DNA of 64,000 nt from the IMG/VR virus record IMGVR_UViG_3300044612_001159, positions 1-64,000 of that record; one strand, given 5' to 3'. A program made the translations under genes and the position numbers. Below, one piece after another: positions 19,817 through 29,714 of this stretch. How positions within the stretch are numbered: the stretch's first letter is position 1; every line of letters begins with the position of its first letter. Under the pieces are notes generated by a model. The model did not search any database. It was given only the letters and a program-made list of their open reading frames with translations, and was not told the DNA's origin. The stretch comes from a virus.

Positions 19817-20536
19817 TTATACCACGCTGACGTAGATAGAATTCATAATTACGGATGAGTCGTAGTCGGTTCTAATTTGAGGCACCGCTCCAGAATTCCA
19901 CATAGCGTCATCCTCTATAAAGAAGTGCTGCGTGACATACATATTATAGACATACTGATATTTTAGGGATGCCACGAACTGCGAAATTTCGGTGGTAGAT
20001 TTAGGGAAAAACGTCCTCATCCAAACCTCTGTATTGTTAGACTCAGTAGTGAGTTCAAAGTTATAGGTTACGAATACCTGTGATCCAACCTTAAGGCCAT
20101 GGAAGTTAAGCATTCTTTGTTCTGCATTCCAGAGGCTGGTACATCCTTCTGGCAGGTATTTTTCATTTGTATTGCTACCCTTGGAATCTACCCAAACCTT
20201 TACCCATCCATCATCTCCATAATTGACACCAAGGTTTATAGGTTTTCTATTTAAGTTAAAGTAAGAAGCCCATCCTGCTTGTTGTCCAGAAGAAGACAAG
20301 GAACTTAGTCCGTCTTTTCCAGGAGTTCCTCTTTCTCCTTTTGGTCCTGGTAACCCATCTTTACCTGCAGGGCCTTGCGGTCCAGGCATACCAGCAGGTC
20401 CAACTGGACCCATAGGACCAGGGACAGGAACATAATTAATTAATACATCGGTATTTGTTGTCTGTGTTTCTACAACCTGCGCTGCGTAACTTGATTTTTT
20501 GCTTGTGGGAAAGTCCATGGATTTAGAAACTGGCAT
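19817..20536 (-). CDS. collagen-like (Gly-X-Y) protein
   Basis: About 12 GXY triplets rich in GP. Confidence 0.75.
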   Translation of the reverse strand: MPVSKSMDFPTSKKSSYAAQVVETQTTNTDVLINYVPVPGPMGPVGPAGMPGPQGPAGKDGLPGPKGERGTPGKDGLSSLSSSGQQAGWASYFNLNRKPINLGVNYGDDGWVKVWVDSKGSNTNEKYLPEGCTSLWNAEQRMLNFHGLKVGSQVFVTYNFELTTESNNTEVWMRTFFPKSTTEISQFVASLKYQYVYNMYVTQHFFIEDDAMWNSGAVPQIRTDYDSSVIMNSIYVSVV

Positions 20537-20553
20537 GTAGACATTATCTCACA

Positions 20554-20997
20554 TTATTCAGAAATATAAGAAAAGGACATATGGAACTTATCATCAGTAG
20601 ATGCATTAAACGGAACATTTTTTGTCATTGGAACATCTTCTGAAGATCCAGCATGCTGCCAAAGAGTCATTATAGAACTTGATGGAGTTAAATGCCCTTT
20701 TAAACTATAGTGTTTTAAATTTGGCAGGGTATCATGAGCAGACCCACCATAAACATCTGTGTGATACTTAGAAGCAAACGGAAGTGTTAAAGAATACTGA
20801 CCAGTTCCAAAGTTTGTAACATTAGTATACAAAACATCTATTTGAACAATTACTAAATTACCAATTTTTACATAAGAACCAGTTGCTGGAGAGTTTGTAA
20901 ATGTTAATCCTGTACCAGACCAAACTGGATTATAAGAATTAATTTTTGTAGTAAGCCCACCTACATCACCAAATGCGGGATGCGTAAATCTTGCCAT
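20554..20997 (-). CDS. tail fibre C-terminal-type beta domain protein
   Basis: GSYVKIGNLV...LPF pattern. Confidence 0.5.
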   Translation of the reverse strand: MARFTHPAFGDVGGLTTKINSYNPVWSGTGLTFTNSPATGSYVKIGNLVIVQIDVLYTNVTNFGTGQYSLTLPFASKYHTDVYGGSAHDTLPNLKHYSLKGHLTPSSSIMTLWQHAGSSEDVPMTKNVPFNASTDDKFHMSFSYISE

Positions 20998-21278
20998 TAG
21001 TTCTGACTCTCTAGACCAGTCTGAATTATTGCTAGATTCATTGATGTTGAGCCTATAGCATACAACGCATCAAAACTTGGAAGTTCAAAAGAGATTGAGT
21101 GGTTTGGCATAATCCTAAAACCATAATTTGTTGAAGAAAGATTTTCATTACCTCCAACATAAATATATCCTGTATCATTTACGTTTTGTAGAGTTATATC
21201 CATACCACCATGCTTACCGTTTGGAGTAAGTCTTACTGGTGTTACACTTGTTAATGCTACGATAGAATGTTGTGCCAT
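20997..21278 (-). CDS. hypothetical virion protein
   Basis: LQN....IYVG......G...P pattern; operon context. Confidence 0.5.
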   Translation of the reverse strand: MAQHSIVALTSVTPVRLTPNGKHGGMDITLQNVNDTGYIYVGGNENLSSTNYGFRIMPNHSISFELPSFDALYAIGSTSMNLAIIQTGLESQN

Positions 21279-22132
21279 TATGATGCTGTCCTATATGTTC
21301 CAGAAATTCTTAACCTACTTGCTCCTAGTCCAGTTTGTATATTTGCTGGTTGTGTAAAATCTTTTGGATAAACAGAAGTAACTGCTCTAAGTTCTCCTGG
21401 TGAATAGCCAGCATATTGAGATTGAGAAACAGTGTGAAGATATACGTAAGTATTGCCACCATATTGCTCAAGTTGTCCAAATACTATATTTTGTCCACCA
21501 TCATTAGCAGTTCTTTCAGCAACGTCTTCTGCAAGTGAAGAGTCATGTATCATACCAGTAAAAGAAAGATTTGTAGATGAAGAATTATGCATACTTCCAG
21601 AAGAATGAACTGGGAATGGAAGTTTAAATTGCCAGTGTGGCCACAAAATAGTGCCATTATTGTCTATTGGTGTTCCCCAATCTGAAACATGTCCCAAATT
21701 AACACTTAAGTCAAAATATACCAACTCACCAATTTTGTAGTAATCAGCAAGCACATCGTATGTGCTGGTTGTTAAAGAACTTAGTTCAAAAAAATCATGA
21801 CCCCAACTTCCTGAAGTTGGAGTTATTTCGCTTGAAGATCCTTCTGCGTCAGCACCCTTTGCTGCAATTAAATCAAATTTTGTAGTATCAGTTGGAAGTG
21901 TTCCTACAGTTGTAGTTGCTTTTGTATAATATAGTTGTCCTTGATAAGTTACTAAATCTCCAACTGCATAGGAAGCGTTTGATTGCCATGCACCGTTATA
22001 GTGCCATAGGGCATCTGCACCTGCTGGTCCAGTTGCACCGATTGGTCCCTGTGGTCCTTGTGCGCCAGTTGCACCAGCGTCTCCTTTTTGTCCTTCTGCG
22101 CCTGGCATAGGAACAATCTTAATAACTGCCAT
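21278..22132 (-). CDS. collagen-like protein with CBM5/12-like carbohydrate-binding module
   Basis: GXY run, then W.SN.SY.VGDLVTYQG.LY. Confidence 0.7.
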   Translation of the reverse strand: MAVIKIVPMPGAEGQKGDAGATGAQGPQGPIGATGPAGADALWHYNGAWQSNASYAVGDLVTYQGQLYYTKATTTVGTLPTDTTKFDLIAAKGADAEGSSSEITPTSGSWGHDFFELSSLTTSTYDVLADYYKIGELVYFDLSVNLGHVSDWGTPIDNNGTILWPHWQFKLPFPVHSSGSMHNSSSTNLSFTGMIHDSSLAEDVAERTANDGGQNIVFGQLEQYGGNTYVYLHTVSQSQYAGYSPGELRAVTSVYPKDFTQPANIQTGLGASRLRISGTYRTAS

Positions 22133-22527
22133 TATAGTGTACCCCCTGGTGTAACGTCACCTAAAACTTGTATTGTGCCTATAACTGGAGTCCAAACAAT
22201 ATCTTCAATTTCTTCTGGAATAATTACCTGCAAATCAAAAGGTAGTTGAGCCACGACTGAAGAATATTTTGATCCCCAATTTTTTGTAACAGAAGGATAA
22301 GCAGTAATGTCGACAAATCCTTCACCAGGTTCACAATCTAAGGCATCTAGGACATTTCCAGATTGATCATAAGCGGTTGCTCTAAAAATCCATCCAGTTG
22401 TATCATAAAAATCTATTTCGTTAGACTCGTAGAATTCCACACGAAGGGTTCCTGTATCTCCTCTAACAACGCTCCACTGCATAGTGACAGGATCTGCACC
22501 AAAAGCAAGGGTATTGTGAATAGGCAT
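22132..22527 (-). CDS. BppU-N-like adaptor protein, paralogue of 11480
   Basis: WSVVRGDT, FDLQ, G.I.V..DVT; start set by TATAAT-N6-ATG. Confidence 0.55.
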   Translation of the reverse strand: MPIHNTLAFGADPVTMQWSVVRGDTGTLRVEFYESNEIDFYDTTGWIFRATAYDQSGNVLDALDCEPGEGFVDITAYPSVTKNWGSKYSSVVAQLPFDLQVIIPEEIEDIVWTPVIGTIQVLGDVTPGGTL

Positions 22528-22778
22528 ACTGCGATTATACCATAAAAATTGACTAATACCAAGGCTGGTGGGTATGAGACAAACCAAGGTATTAGCCAAC
22601 AATAAAATTATACCATAAAGGACAAAACGGACATCTAGATAAAAGTTTACCAAATTGTTACAATACCAAATGTCCGATTTGTCATGTTATGTCTTTTATG
22701 CCAGGATTGGGATGGTGTATACTTTAATATATATAAAGAAAAAGAATATCTTTATAGTTTTAAAAACTATCTTATATA

Positions 22779-23450
22779 TTATATATAGTATATAGGGAAA
22801 TTATTATTTTCGCAAAGAGTTTTATAGTTTATTATCTTACCATTAAAACTAACATGCCTATTTATATCAAAAGACGTTTTATGCACTTCTGAGTGAGAAA
22901 AATATTTATTATTAAAATATATAAGATTTTCATTGTCTTGTGCTATTTTTGAAAATGTATAGTTTTCTGGAAAACCGAAACCAAGTTTTGGAACATCTTC
23001 TATTTTTATATCCTTAAACTGTAAAATCAAAGAGTCTATTATTGACTTTATTATTTTACTATTTTTAATTGCTCCAAAATTTGAATTATTAATTCCAGAG
23101 TGCTGAAATCCTTTCGAAGAACATATAAGTTCTTCTCCTTTGTAGCCTTTGCCTATTGAGTACTCTATTGTCTCTAAGCATATAGAATCCATATCAGCGT
23201 AGAATCCTCCGTGTGTGTATATAGCAATTAATCTCCAGATATCTGATTTATGAATATTATCCAATTCTATGTAGCAACTGTATAAAAAATCATTATATTT
23301 TTTTACAGTTTCGCATCTTTCTTCAGCGTCAACATAACTGTGTTCCCAGCCAGGATTTAGGTTTTTCCATGTACCTATTATATTTTTTTGAAATGCTGGC
23401 AAATCGTTATATTTTTTTTCGTGAGTTTGCCAAATAATTTTTGGTATCAT
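22779..23450 (-). CDS. GT32 / DXD sugar-binding glycosyltransferase
   Basis: IPKIIWQT, W...NP.W, SD.WRL, GG.YADMD. Confidence 0.8.
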   Translation of the reverse strand: MIPKIIWQTHEKKYNDLPAFQKNIIGTWKNLNPGWEHSYVDAEERCETVKKYNDFLYSCYIELDNIHKSDIWRLIAIYTHGGFYADMDSICLETIEYSIGKGYKGEELICSSKGFQHSGINNSNFGAIKNSKIIKSIIDSLILQFKDIKIEDVPKLGFGFPENYTFSKIAQDNENLIYFNNKYFSHSEVHKTSFDINRHVSFNGKIINYKTLCENNNFPIYYI

Positions 23451-23454
23451 TATG

Positions 23455-23718
23455 CTACTTAGACTTAGAAATATGCTCAATTAAAATCTTGTACATTTCG
23501 TCAAGTTTCTTTTCTTGACGTTCTCTAGATCTTGCAGATTCTTCTTTTTGTTCGTTCAAACCATTTTCAAGTCGTGAAACTGCATCTCTAAGGCTGGATC
23601 CCGAATTCGGCTTAAGTTCGACTAGATAATGTTTTACTAGCCACTTGATTGCTAGGGCAACTGATGATACAATTGTTAGGATGGCGACAATTAATGCTGC
23701 CCAATCTTGAATTGTCAT
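23455..23718 (-). CDS. single-TM membrane protein with coiled coil (holin/spanin-like context)
   Basis: TM helix then ELKPNSGSSLRDAV.RLE. Confidence 0.55.
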   Translation of the reverse strand: MTIQDWAALIVAILTIVSSVALAIKWLVKHYLVELKPNSGSSLRDAVSRLENGLNEQKEESARSRERQEKKLDEMYKILIEHISKSK

Positions 23719-23752
23719 AACTGAAATATTATAAGGGGTATATTTAATAAAA

Positions 23753-24523
23753 ATGAAAACGGACATACTTAGCACACTAGAGCATTCTCGAAATCTAATA
23801 ATATCCCCAGATATGGATGGCTTTATGTCCGCAAAATTATTGGAGCGTTTTAACGGTTCGCAAATAGTCGGTTCGTATGACAAGAATCTTTTATGTCTCG
23901 CCGACGGGATAGATCCAGAAGATTGCCTGTTCCTGGACTGCGACATGAATAGATATAACTTTGTTTCGCTCGGAAATCACATGCGCTTACTAGAAGATAG
24001 TATGTCATATAAGTCTTTCAATCCGAATGTACACTTCGGCGTAACGACATATAGCGACAAGTTTCCTTTCGCAACCGCTTTTTTGATTTCGTTCGCAACA
24101 GAGGTTCAAACCTCCAATACAGACCTAACACGCATGGCTTTTGCTGACTCAACTCTCAAGAACATGGAGAAGTACAGCAACAACATGCGAAACTGGTCTG
24201 ATAGGATGGATCACCCTGCAGTTCGGTACATAATGGACAATTCGGACATTGCAAGAGCAAATGATGCACAGGCAAGGTTTGACTATGTTGATCAATCTTT
24301 CACCTCAAAACGGTATGGCAAGGAACGATATCTGAATACCCTAAATAGGGCCCTAGAAGCGCAGGGGATGAAGTTTCAAACCTTAACTAGGGGTAACAAA
24401 TACCTTTGCGACAAAGTGGGCCTAAACACCCTTACAAGGTATAATAAGGATATAATTTCATATGCGGAAATATTCACAGGAGAATATAGCGTAACATATG
24501 ACCAGGAGATAGAGTGGAGATAA
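23753..24523 (+). CDS. DHH-superfamily phosphoesterase-like protein
   Basis: SPDMDG, FLDCD, GNH, NPN, K.PFAT. Confidence 0.55.
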   Translation: MKTDILSTLEHSRNLIISPDMDGFMSAKLLERFNGSQIVGSYDKNLLCLADGIDPEDCLFLDCDMNRYNFVSLGNHMRLLEDSMSYKSFNPNVHFGVTTYSDKFPFATAFLISFATEVQTSNTDLTRMAFADSTLKNMEKYSNNMRNWSDRMDHPAVRYIMDNSDIARANDAQARFDYVDQSFTSKRYGKERYLNTLNRALEAQGMKFQTLTRGNKYLCDKVGLNTLTRYNKDIISYAEIFTGEYSVTYDQEIEWR

Positions 24524-25197
24524 AGTTTTATTGTCAGGACGCCAGAAAACCTTTTTTGGAGCCAGATAGCGTAGATTTGTTTTTGACACACCCACCTTTT
24601 TTAAATAGACTAGTGGCTGAGTATGGTGGAGATTTGTCTAGTCAAATACAAAATTCTGATACCGTCGAAAATTTTGCCAAATCGATTTCTGATTTTGTCG
24701 GCAATATGGAAACTGCTTTGAAGGATAGTGGGGCGATACTTTTAATCTTGCCAAACACCCGTACCTTTTTTCATATAGTTAAATTTATAATTCAAAATAC
24801 AAACTTGGTGATTAATCGTGACATCATTTGGAATTTTGAACAAAGTGAGTTTATAAATGAATTATCTGGAAACGAAATAAATCATATTTTGTATATGACT
24901 AAGAACAAAGATGTTAGCCAACCGCTCAAAAACCTTAAAAGCCTTGTTATAGATCAGGACTGGACTACTTTTGATAATTTTGACTCTTTGCCCGAAAAAA
25001 TGATAGAAGAACTTATCTTGGTATTTTCCAAAGAGGGCGATGTCGTTGTAGATCCTATGGGAGGAACTGGCACTGTGGCTGCTGTATCTTTAAAAAATAA
25101 CAGAAAGGCAATATACAACGACGTTTCGCCTTTACAGGTTGATTTGGCAAAAAAGAGACTTTATGATACAATTGGATATAAAGAAATACTAGACTAG
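24514..25197 (+). CDS. N4/N6 DNA methyltransferase-like protein (beta arrangement, atypical HPPF motif IV)
   Basis: SVDL..THPPF at N-terminus; GD.V.DPMGGTGT motif I. Confidence 0.65.
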   Translation: MEIKFYCQDARKPFLEPDSVDLFLTHPPFLNRLVAEYGGDLSSQIQNSDTVENFAKSISDFVGNMETALKDSGAILLILPNTRTFFHIVKFIIQNTNLVINRDIIWNFEQSEFINELSGNEINHILYMTKNKDVSQPLKNLKSLVIDQDWTTFDNFDSLPEKMIEELILVFSKEGDVVVDPMGGTGTVAAVSLKNNRKAIYNDVSPLQVDLAKKRLYDTIGYKEILD

Positions 25198-25203
25198 AAA
25201 GGT

Positions 25204-25395
25204 ATGCTAATGACAAAAGATGAAGCAGTAGCGCTAATGCTAGAGAGCATTAATGCAGATAATCGTGAGATGGGTAAGCAGGCTGGAATTAATGAATCAG
25301 ATTTAGAGACACAGATCTCTCAGAGTCAGCCAAGTCTATCTTTTATGATGTCAAACATCTATGACAAGTTGAAGGCGAGTGGTGTAATTGCCTAA
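25204..25395 (+). CDS. hypothetical protein
   Basis: ORF with RBS. Confidence 0.5.
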   Translation: MLMTKDEAVALMLESINADNREMGKQAGINESDLETQISQSQPSLSFMMSNIYDKLKASGVIA

Positions 25396-25591
25396 GTATT
25401 ATTACAAGCCAGTTCTTAGTGTTATTGAAGAAATGTATTTAAAGAATGCTGGAACAGACTTCAAACCATCTATCAATATCGAAGAAAGTGTTCGTATTGT
25501 AGTTGAAGCAGACTCACAAGAGGCTGCAGACAACTCAAGAATTGGCTACGTAGATATTCGTATGTGGGAACTAGATAAGGTTGAAGACTAA
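25388..25591 (+). CDS. hypothetical protein
   Basis: ORF overlapping previous stop. Confidence 0.45.
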   Translation: MPKYYYKPVLSVIEEMYLKNAGTDFKPSINIEESVRIVVEADSQEAADNSRIGYVDIRMWELDKVED

Positions 25592-25744
25592 GATCCTTTA
25601 CGGATGAATTGTGCTATATCGTGTGATGCGTTATGGTACATACCGTGAAATTTTTGCTCAACTTGTTTTGCTATAACAGATCTTAGTTTTTGTTCAATCT
25701 GAAATAATAGAATGGCCTGTACCTGCTCTGGCGTTAATTGCTGC

Positions 25745-25939
25745 TCATCCATTTTTGCAACTACAATCCTGACAGCAGGTTTCTGAAAATATTTTTGCAG
25801 CCAAGTTTGGATATTCTGGTCTTCCTAAATCTTCCCAAAATTTTTCTCTGCCCATAGCATCTGTTTCTGGAATTGGTTTTGACTCTAGCGATAAGTTGTC
25901 ATCCCATGCATTTTCTAAATTTTCTAAAAACCCCATCAT
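25745..25939 (-). CDS. hypothetical protein, Cys-rich C-terminus
   Basis: CCQDCSC. Confidence 0.5.
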   Translation of the reverse strand: MMGFLENLENAWDDNLSLESKPIPETDAMGREKFWEDLGRPEYPNLAAKIFSETCCQDCSCKNG

Positions 25940-26565
25940 CTTGATTCCTCTTTATAGTATCTTTCATATAGTTTGTCTATTTTTGATTGTATGCTATCTA
26001 ATTCATTTTTATAATTAGATAGAAACATCTGCTTTATATCCTCATGTTCTTTTGCCAAAGGACGAGGAAAGTTGCTTAGATATGTATTTCTTGATCCATA
26101 ATGTTGATCACAAACATCTAATATTTCTTCCGCAGTAAGTTTTTGCTTAATCGAATATTGAGGATATTTTTTTACTATTGTCTCAACTACCCTTAGTGGG
26201 TTTTTTGTAAATTCATGAAATGGTGCAATGAACAATTCTTCGTGCTTAACCAGGTAATCTATATACTCTGTGTATCTTTCAATAAGTTCTTTTGGGTCCC
26301 CCGTTCTTTCGTGCTTTCTTCCCATAATCTTATCTTGTCTTGGAAGGTTATTTGCCCATTGGTAATCTCTATATAGTTTTGCAGAAATTATGGAAGGCAG
26401 AACGTCTCTAACTGGAATAATATATATAGAATCTTTTTCTCTTTCTTCAAGAGCAGAGACAAGGTGATATTTTTCAGCAACTGCATCAGACTCAGTAGTT
26501 AGGCCTATGGCAAATGCAAGGAATGTGTTTCCTGATCTTTCTAGCCCATCTATATGTATTGTCAT
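25936..26565 (-). CDS. sulfotransferase-like protein
   Basis: GLERSGNTF (5'-PSB loop-like), RD...I.S. Confidence 0.55.
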   Translation of the reverse strand: MTIHIDGLERSGNTFLAFAIGLTTESDAVAEKYHLVSALEEREKDSIYIIPVRDVLPSIISAKLYRDYQWANNLPRQDKIMGRKHERTGDPKELIERYTEYIDYLVKHEELFIAPFHEFTKNPLRVVETIVKKYPQYSIKQKLTAEEILDVCDQHYGSRNTYLSNFPRPLAKEHEDIKQMFLSNYKNELDSIQSKIDKLYERYYKEESR

Positions 26566-26846
26566 TTAAAATACAAATATTCTGGGTTATTCTTCGTCTG
26601 AATTTGGTAGTGGAGGAACTGAACTGTGACTGTTGGTGCATGTACAGGTGTCGCAGCACAATTTCAACTTTATAGTTTCTTCTGTCATGGATCCATTATA
26701 GCACAATTCTGAATATTTTTATAAAACCCAGTACCCCCAAAATCTGAATATTTTGTCCAGATGCATGATACATAAATAAACAAAAAATGATCAAAAAAAA
26801 TAGTGCGCCCATAACTGGACACACTTTTAGATTTTGTGTTTATTGC

Positions 26847-26963
26847 CTATTGTGGCTCTGTGCAACCACAAGGCTCTACTGCGTAGTCTTCGTTATCACC
26901 ATAAAAGATGACTCCTACGCCATTGCAATCAGAACAATCTATAACCTGTACCGAGTTTATCAT
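26847..26963 (-). CDS. 38-aa Zn-ribbon protein, paralogue of 30284
   Basis: Hand-translated MINSVQVIDCSDCNGVG...EPCGC; GGAGG RBS. Confidence 0.6.
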   Translation of the reverse strand: MINSVQVIDCSDCNGVGVIFYGDNEDYAVEPCGCTEPQ

Positions 26964-27110
26964 TTACTTGACCTCCATACTTAGAACATCATAGCCATGA
27001 GCAACAAGGCTATCCATGAGGTCATTTATTTGACGCTCATTTATCATGAGTTTATTTATTTCGGAAAGTTCAATTCCGTCTTTTTCAATTGTGTAATTTA
27101 GTGTTAGCAT
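26964..27110 (-). CDS. 48-aa hypothetical early protein
   Basis: Hand-translated MLTLNYTIEKDG...; GAAAGG RBS; TGTCGG-type promoter upstream. Confidence 0.6.
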   Translation of the reverse strand: MLTLNYTIEKDGIELSEINKLMINERQINDLMDSLVAHGYDVLSMEVK

Positions 27111-27140
27111 TTTTGCTACCTAACCTTTCTTAGTAATCTA

Positions 27141-27162
27141 ATCTTATCTTATCCCGCCGACA
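27141..27162 (-). promoter_or_regulatory. RecA-NDp/PafBC-type promoter
   Basis: TGTCGG-N10-TAAGAT. Confidence 0.65.
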
Positions 27163-27201
27163 TTTTGGGGAGGCGTATCGGCGTGTCGCCTGTGAAGTGT
27201 A

Positions 27202-27294
27202 TCACTTGTGGATACATTCACTCTCAATCTCGTGACCGAACTCCTCAACGAGTTCCTCATAGATTTCATCCATATAATCTAAATAGTCTGACAT
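27202..27294 (-). CDS. 30-aa acidic early peptide
   Basis: MSDYLDYMDEIYEELVEEFGHEIESECIHK; GAAAGGA RBS. Confidence 0.55.
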   Translation of the reverse strand: MSDYLDYMDEIYEELVEEFGHEIESECIHK

Positions 27295-27322
27295 ATTTTG
27301 TCCTTTCTAACTAACTAATACT

Positions 27323-27344
27323 ATCCTAACATAGACCACTGACA
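27323..27344 (-). promoter_or_regulatory. RecA-NDp/PafBC-type promoter
   Basis: TGTCAG-N10-TAGGAT. Confidence 0.7.
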
Positions 27345-27382
27345 TTTTTGGGTGTTTTTCGGGTGTGTCGCAAAACTATTTT

Positions 27383-27398
27383 TGTGATGTCTATCACA
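27383..27398. promoter_or_regulatory. CRP/GlxR-type site
   Basis: Perfect TGTGA-N6-TCACA. Confidence 0.65.
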
Positions 27399-27433
27399 TG
27401 TCCGAAATGTCCGATTTTATACAGCACGGGCGG

Positions 27434-27454
27434 TTTTCCACAGGCTGTGGATAA
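27434..27454. promoter_or_regulatory. inverted DnaA box pair
   Basis: TTTTCCACA-ggc-TGTGGATAA. Confidence 0.7.
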
Positions 27455-27458
27455 CTAA

Positions 27459-27474
27459 TGTGATAAGAATCACA
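27459..27474. promoter_or_regulatory. CRP/GlxR-type site
   Basis: Perfect TGTGA-N6-TCACA. Confidence 0.65.
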
Positions 27475-27567
27475 CTAAAAATGTCCGATTTGTACGCATT
27501 TTGGATTTGCTTTTTTGGGGTAAGTGTGTTAGACTTACAGAGTAAGAAAATAAAGAAAGGGGCTAAA

Positions 27568-27735
27568 ATGCTCACTGAAAAAACACTAAATAAAATCGTC
27601 TATGAATACCAGCATGGTGGTGTCCAAAATTATCACCCTGAAATCTCACTATCTGAGCGCATGGCGTTGATAAAGTATCTCGCCAAAATGCCCTCTAAGT
27701 GTGCGCCTGAGTGTGAGGCAAGTCACACAAACTGA
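27568..27735 (+). CDS. hypothetical early protein
   Basis: GAAAGGG RBS before MLTEKT. Confidence 0.55.
   Translation: MLTEKTLNKIVYEYQHGGVQNYHPEISLSERMALIKYLAKMPSKCAPECEASHTN
27712..27727. promoter_or_regulatory. CRP/GlxR-type site
   Basis: Perfect TGTGA-N6-TCACA. Confidence 0.6.
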
Positions 27736-27809
27736 TCGGCGTGTCGCCTTGACTTTTACAAGTAAATATGAAATAATAGCACTATAACAAAATGAAAGAA
27801 GGTAGCAAA

Positions 27810-28004
27810 ATGTCTGCTAATCTATATAATATCGAAAGCCTGCTAATTGGTAAGGCTTACCGCTCTCGCTCTGTTGAGGGTATCATTCAGGACGCTGAAA
27901 AATCAGATGTCTTCTACGCTGACGCTGAGGCGTATCGTGTTCGTATCCGCCCTACTCATGGGCTTCGTGATACTTATCGCATAGTGGCGGTGAGTGTGGC
28001 GTAA
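27810..28004 (+). CDS. hypothetical early protein, paralogue of 29125
   Basis: Y.IE.LL.G..YR ... AY...; RBS. Confidence 0.6.
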   Translation: MSANLYNIESLLIGKAYRSRSVEGIIQDAEKSDVFYADAEAYRVRIRPTHGLRDTYRIVAVSVA

Positions 28005-28038
28005 GTCACATTCCCAATACCCCCAAAATCCCCCAATT

Positions 28039-28060
28039 TGTCAGACCCCCCTGCTAGACT
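28039..28060 (+). promoter_or_regulatory. RecA-NDp/PafBC-type promoter
   Basis: TGTCAG-N7-TGc-TAGACT. Confidence 0.7.
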
Positions 28061-28090
28061 TACTAAATAACAAAACGAAAGGAAGTCAAA

Positions 28091-28288
28091 ATGACTTACA
28101 CTATGACACTAGAAACCTTCAATGGTTCTACTAAAAAAATTAGCCTGCCTTCTAAAGGTGCGGTTGCTCAATTCATAACAACTTACCCAAGCCAACTACC
28201 TGTCGGCGTAGCGGTAAAAGTATCCTGCGACACTCTCGCAATTCGTGGCACAATTCGTGGCACACTTATCCCAACAAACTCAAACTAA
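28091..28288 (+). CDS. hypothetical early protein
   Basis: GAAAGGA RBS. Confidence 0.6.
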   Translation: MTYTMTLETFNGSTKKISLPSKGAVAQFITTYPSQLPVGVAVKVSCDTLAIRGTIRGTLIPTNSN

Positions 28289-28305
28289 GAATAGGAAAAT
28301 AATAA

Positions 28306-28569
28306 ATGACTAACACAAATTTCAAAAACTATCCCTTCAATTTCAAGGGCATAAACTTTATTTCAAAAGTAGATACCACTCACCCTATCTACAACGCAAT
28401 TAGCAAACTAACTGAACAAGAATTCGTGAATATAAATTCAATGGCTCTTTCAGAATATCTTTCAGATGTAGAAATTTCAATTGATAACCTTCAACAAATT
28501 CAAGATGAACTAAACAAACTAAACGACGGTGGAACTTATGCGTTTATTGCATTAGGAGAAAATAAGTAA
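28306..28569 (+). CDS. hypothetical early protein
   Basis: ORF with RBS. Confidence 0.55.
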   Translation: MTNTNFKNYPFNFKGINFISKVDTTHPIYNAISKLTEQEFVNINSMALSEYLSDVEISIDNLQQIQDELNKLNDGGTYAFIALGENK

Positions 28570-28760
28570 TGATGACTAGAAAAGACTATATCAAAACTTC
28601 AAACATTCTAAAAGGATTTGCTGATGAAATTCATCCGCAAGTTTTTGAAGATTTAGTTGAAGAATTCGCACAATACTTTCAAGCAGATAACGAAAGATTT
28701 GATAAAGCAAAATTCGAAAAGGCTTGCGGAATTGACGAGTTAGGACTAATACCAGCATGA
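28569..28760 (+). CDS. small phage protein (MTRKDY...DN.RFD..F..ACG family)
   Basis: Recognisable motif. Confidence 0.65.
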   Translation: MMTRKDYIKTSNILKGFADEIHPQVFEDLVEEFAQYFQADNERFDKAKFEKACGIDELGLIPA

Positions 28761-28949
28761 GCAGATTTCTAACAACACTTGTTCAAATTTCTTTGTTGCT
28801 TTCTATTTATTGGATAATTAGAATTGCCAAAAAAGAAATTTAGATTTGAAACATGTAAGGTCTGCGGTAGAATTTTTATCGCAGATCTAAAATGTTTTGT
28901 GTGCGCTGCTAAACAATAATTGAAATTTCAACAAAAAGCCCCCGTGGGG

Positions 28950-28970
28950 TTTTCCACAGGTTTATCCACA
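28950..28970. promoter_or_regulatory. tandem DnaA box pair
   Basis: TTTTCCACA-ggt-TTATCCACA. Confidence 0.7.
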
Positions 28971-29071
28971 GGGCGATTTTGTGATATTTATCACTTTACG
29001 CAGCGATGTGATTTTTCCCACAAAAATATTTTTTCAAAATGTCCGATTTGTTATGATTTTCGATTTGAAAA

Positions 29072-29093
29072 TGTCAGACCAAAATGATAGGCT
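29072..29093 (+). promoter_or_regulatory. RecA-NDp/PafBC-type promoter
   Basis: TGTCAG-N7-TGa-TAGGCT. Confidence 0.7.
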
Positions 29094-29124
29094 GGAAGCC
29101 TAGAAAGTAAGAAAGGAGTTTTCA

Positions 29125-29322
29125 ATGAGAAGTTATTCAATTGAAGATTTATTAGTAGGACAATTTTACAGACCTACTTCGTTGGCTCGCCGTTATCAAG
29201 GTGGAGAAATAAACTACGCTACTAAGCGTGATGACATTTGGGTAGGAGAGAATTTTCAAGCCTACGCTATTCGCTTCAATGGTCATAAATGGGCGACTAT
29301 TGCGGTCAGGGTGTCCGACTAA
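29125..29322 (+). CDS. hypothetical early protein
   Basis: GAAAGGAG RBS. Confidence 0.6.
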   Translation: MRSYSIEDLLVGQFYRPTSLARRYQGGEINYATKRDDIWVGENFQAYAIRFNGHKWATIAVRVSD

Positions 29323-29323
29323 A

Positions 29324-29345
29324 TGTCAGACCCCAATGCTAGGAT
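29324..29345 (+). promoter_or_regulatory. RecA-NDp/PafBC-type promoter
   Basis: TGTCAG-N7-TGc-TAGGAT. Confidence 0.7.
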
Positions 29346-29370
29346 TAGAAAAGAAAGAAAGGATAACTAA

Positions 29371-29559
29371 ATGAAAACTAATATGTCGCTTAGAGAAATT
29401 GAAGATTTAGGTTTCTCACTTCAGGATAATATCTGCGTGTTTTGTTCAGCAACAATGAATAAGGAAATGCGAATTTGCTTCGGTTGCGGAGAATATAAAG
29501 GTGTAATAAATATTGTTGAGGCAGTAGGATACTATGGAAAGGAAGTTCTACCACTATGA
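29371..29559 (+). CDS. Zn-ribbon early protein
   Basis: CVFC...CFGC.EYKG. Confidence 0.6.
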   Translation: MKTNMSLREIEDLGFSLQDNICVFCSATMNKEMRICFGCGEYKGVINIVEAVGYYGKEVLPL

Positions 29560-29714
29560 AAAAAAATGTTCTAATTAGTTTTGTTACTGAGGCTGATACC
29601 GATTTACAGGCGGTATTCAACCTAAATAAAATTTTGTTCCAATTGTCTGATAGCGATTTGGTAAAATTTGATGTTTTTGATGTTGTTGAGTGTGACGGAG
29701 TAGGAGTAAAGTAA

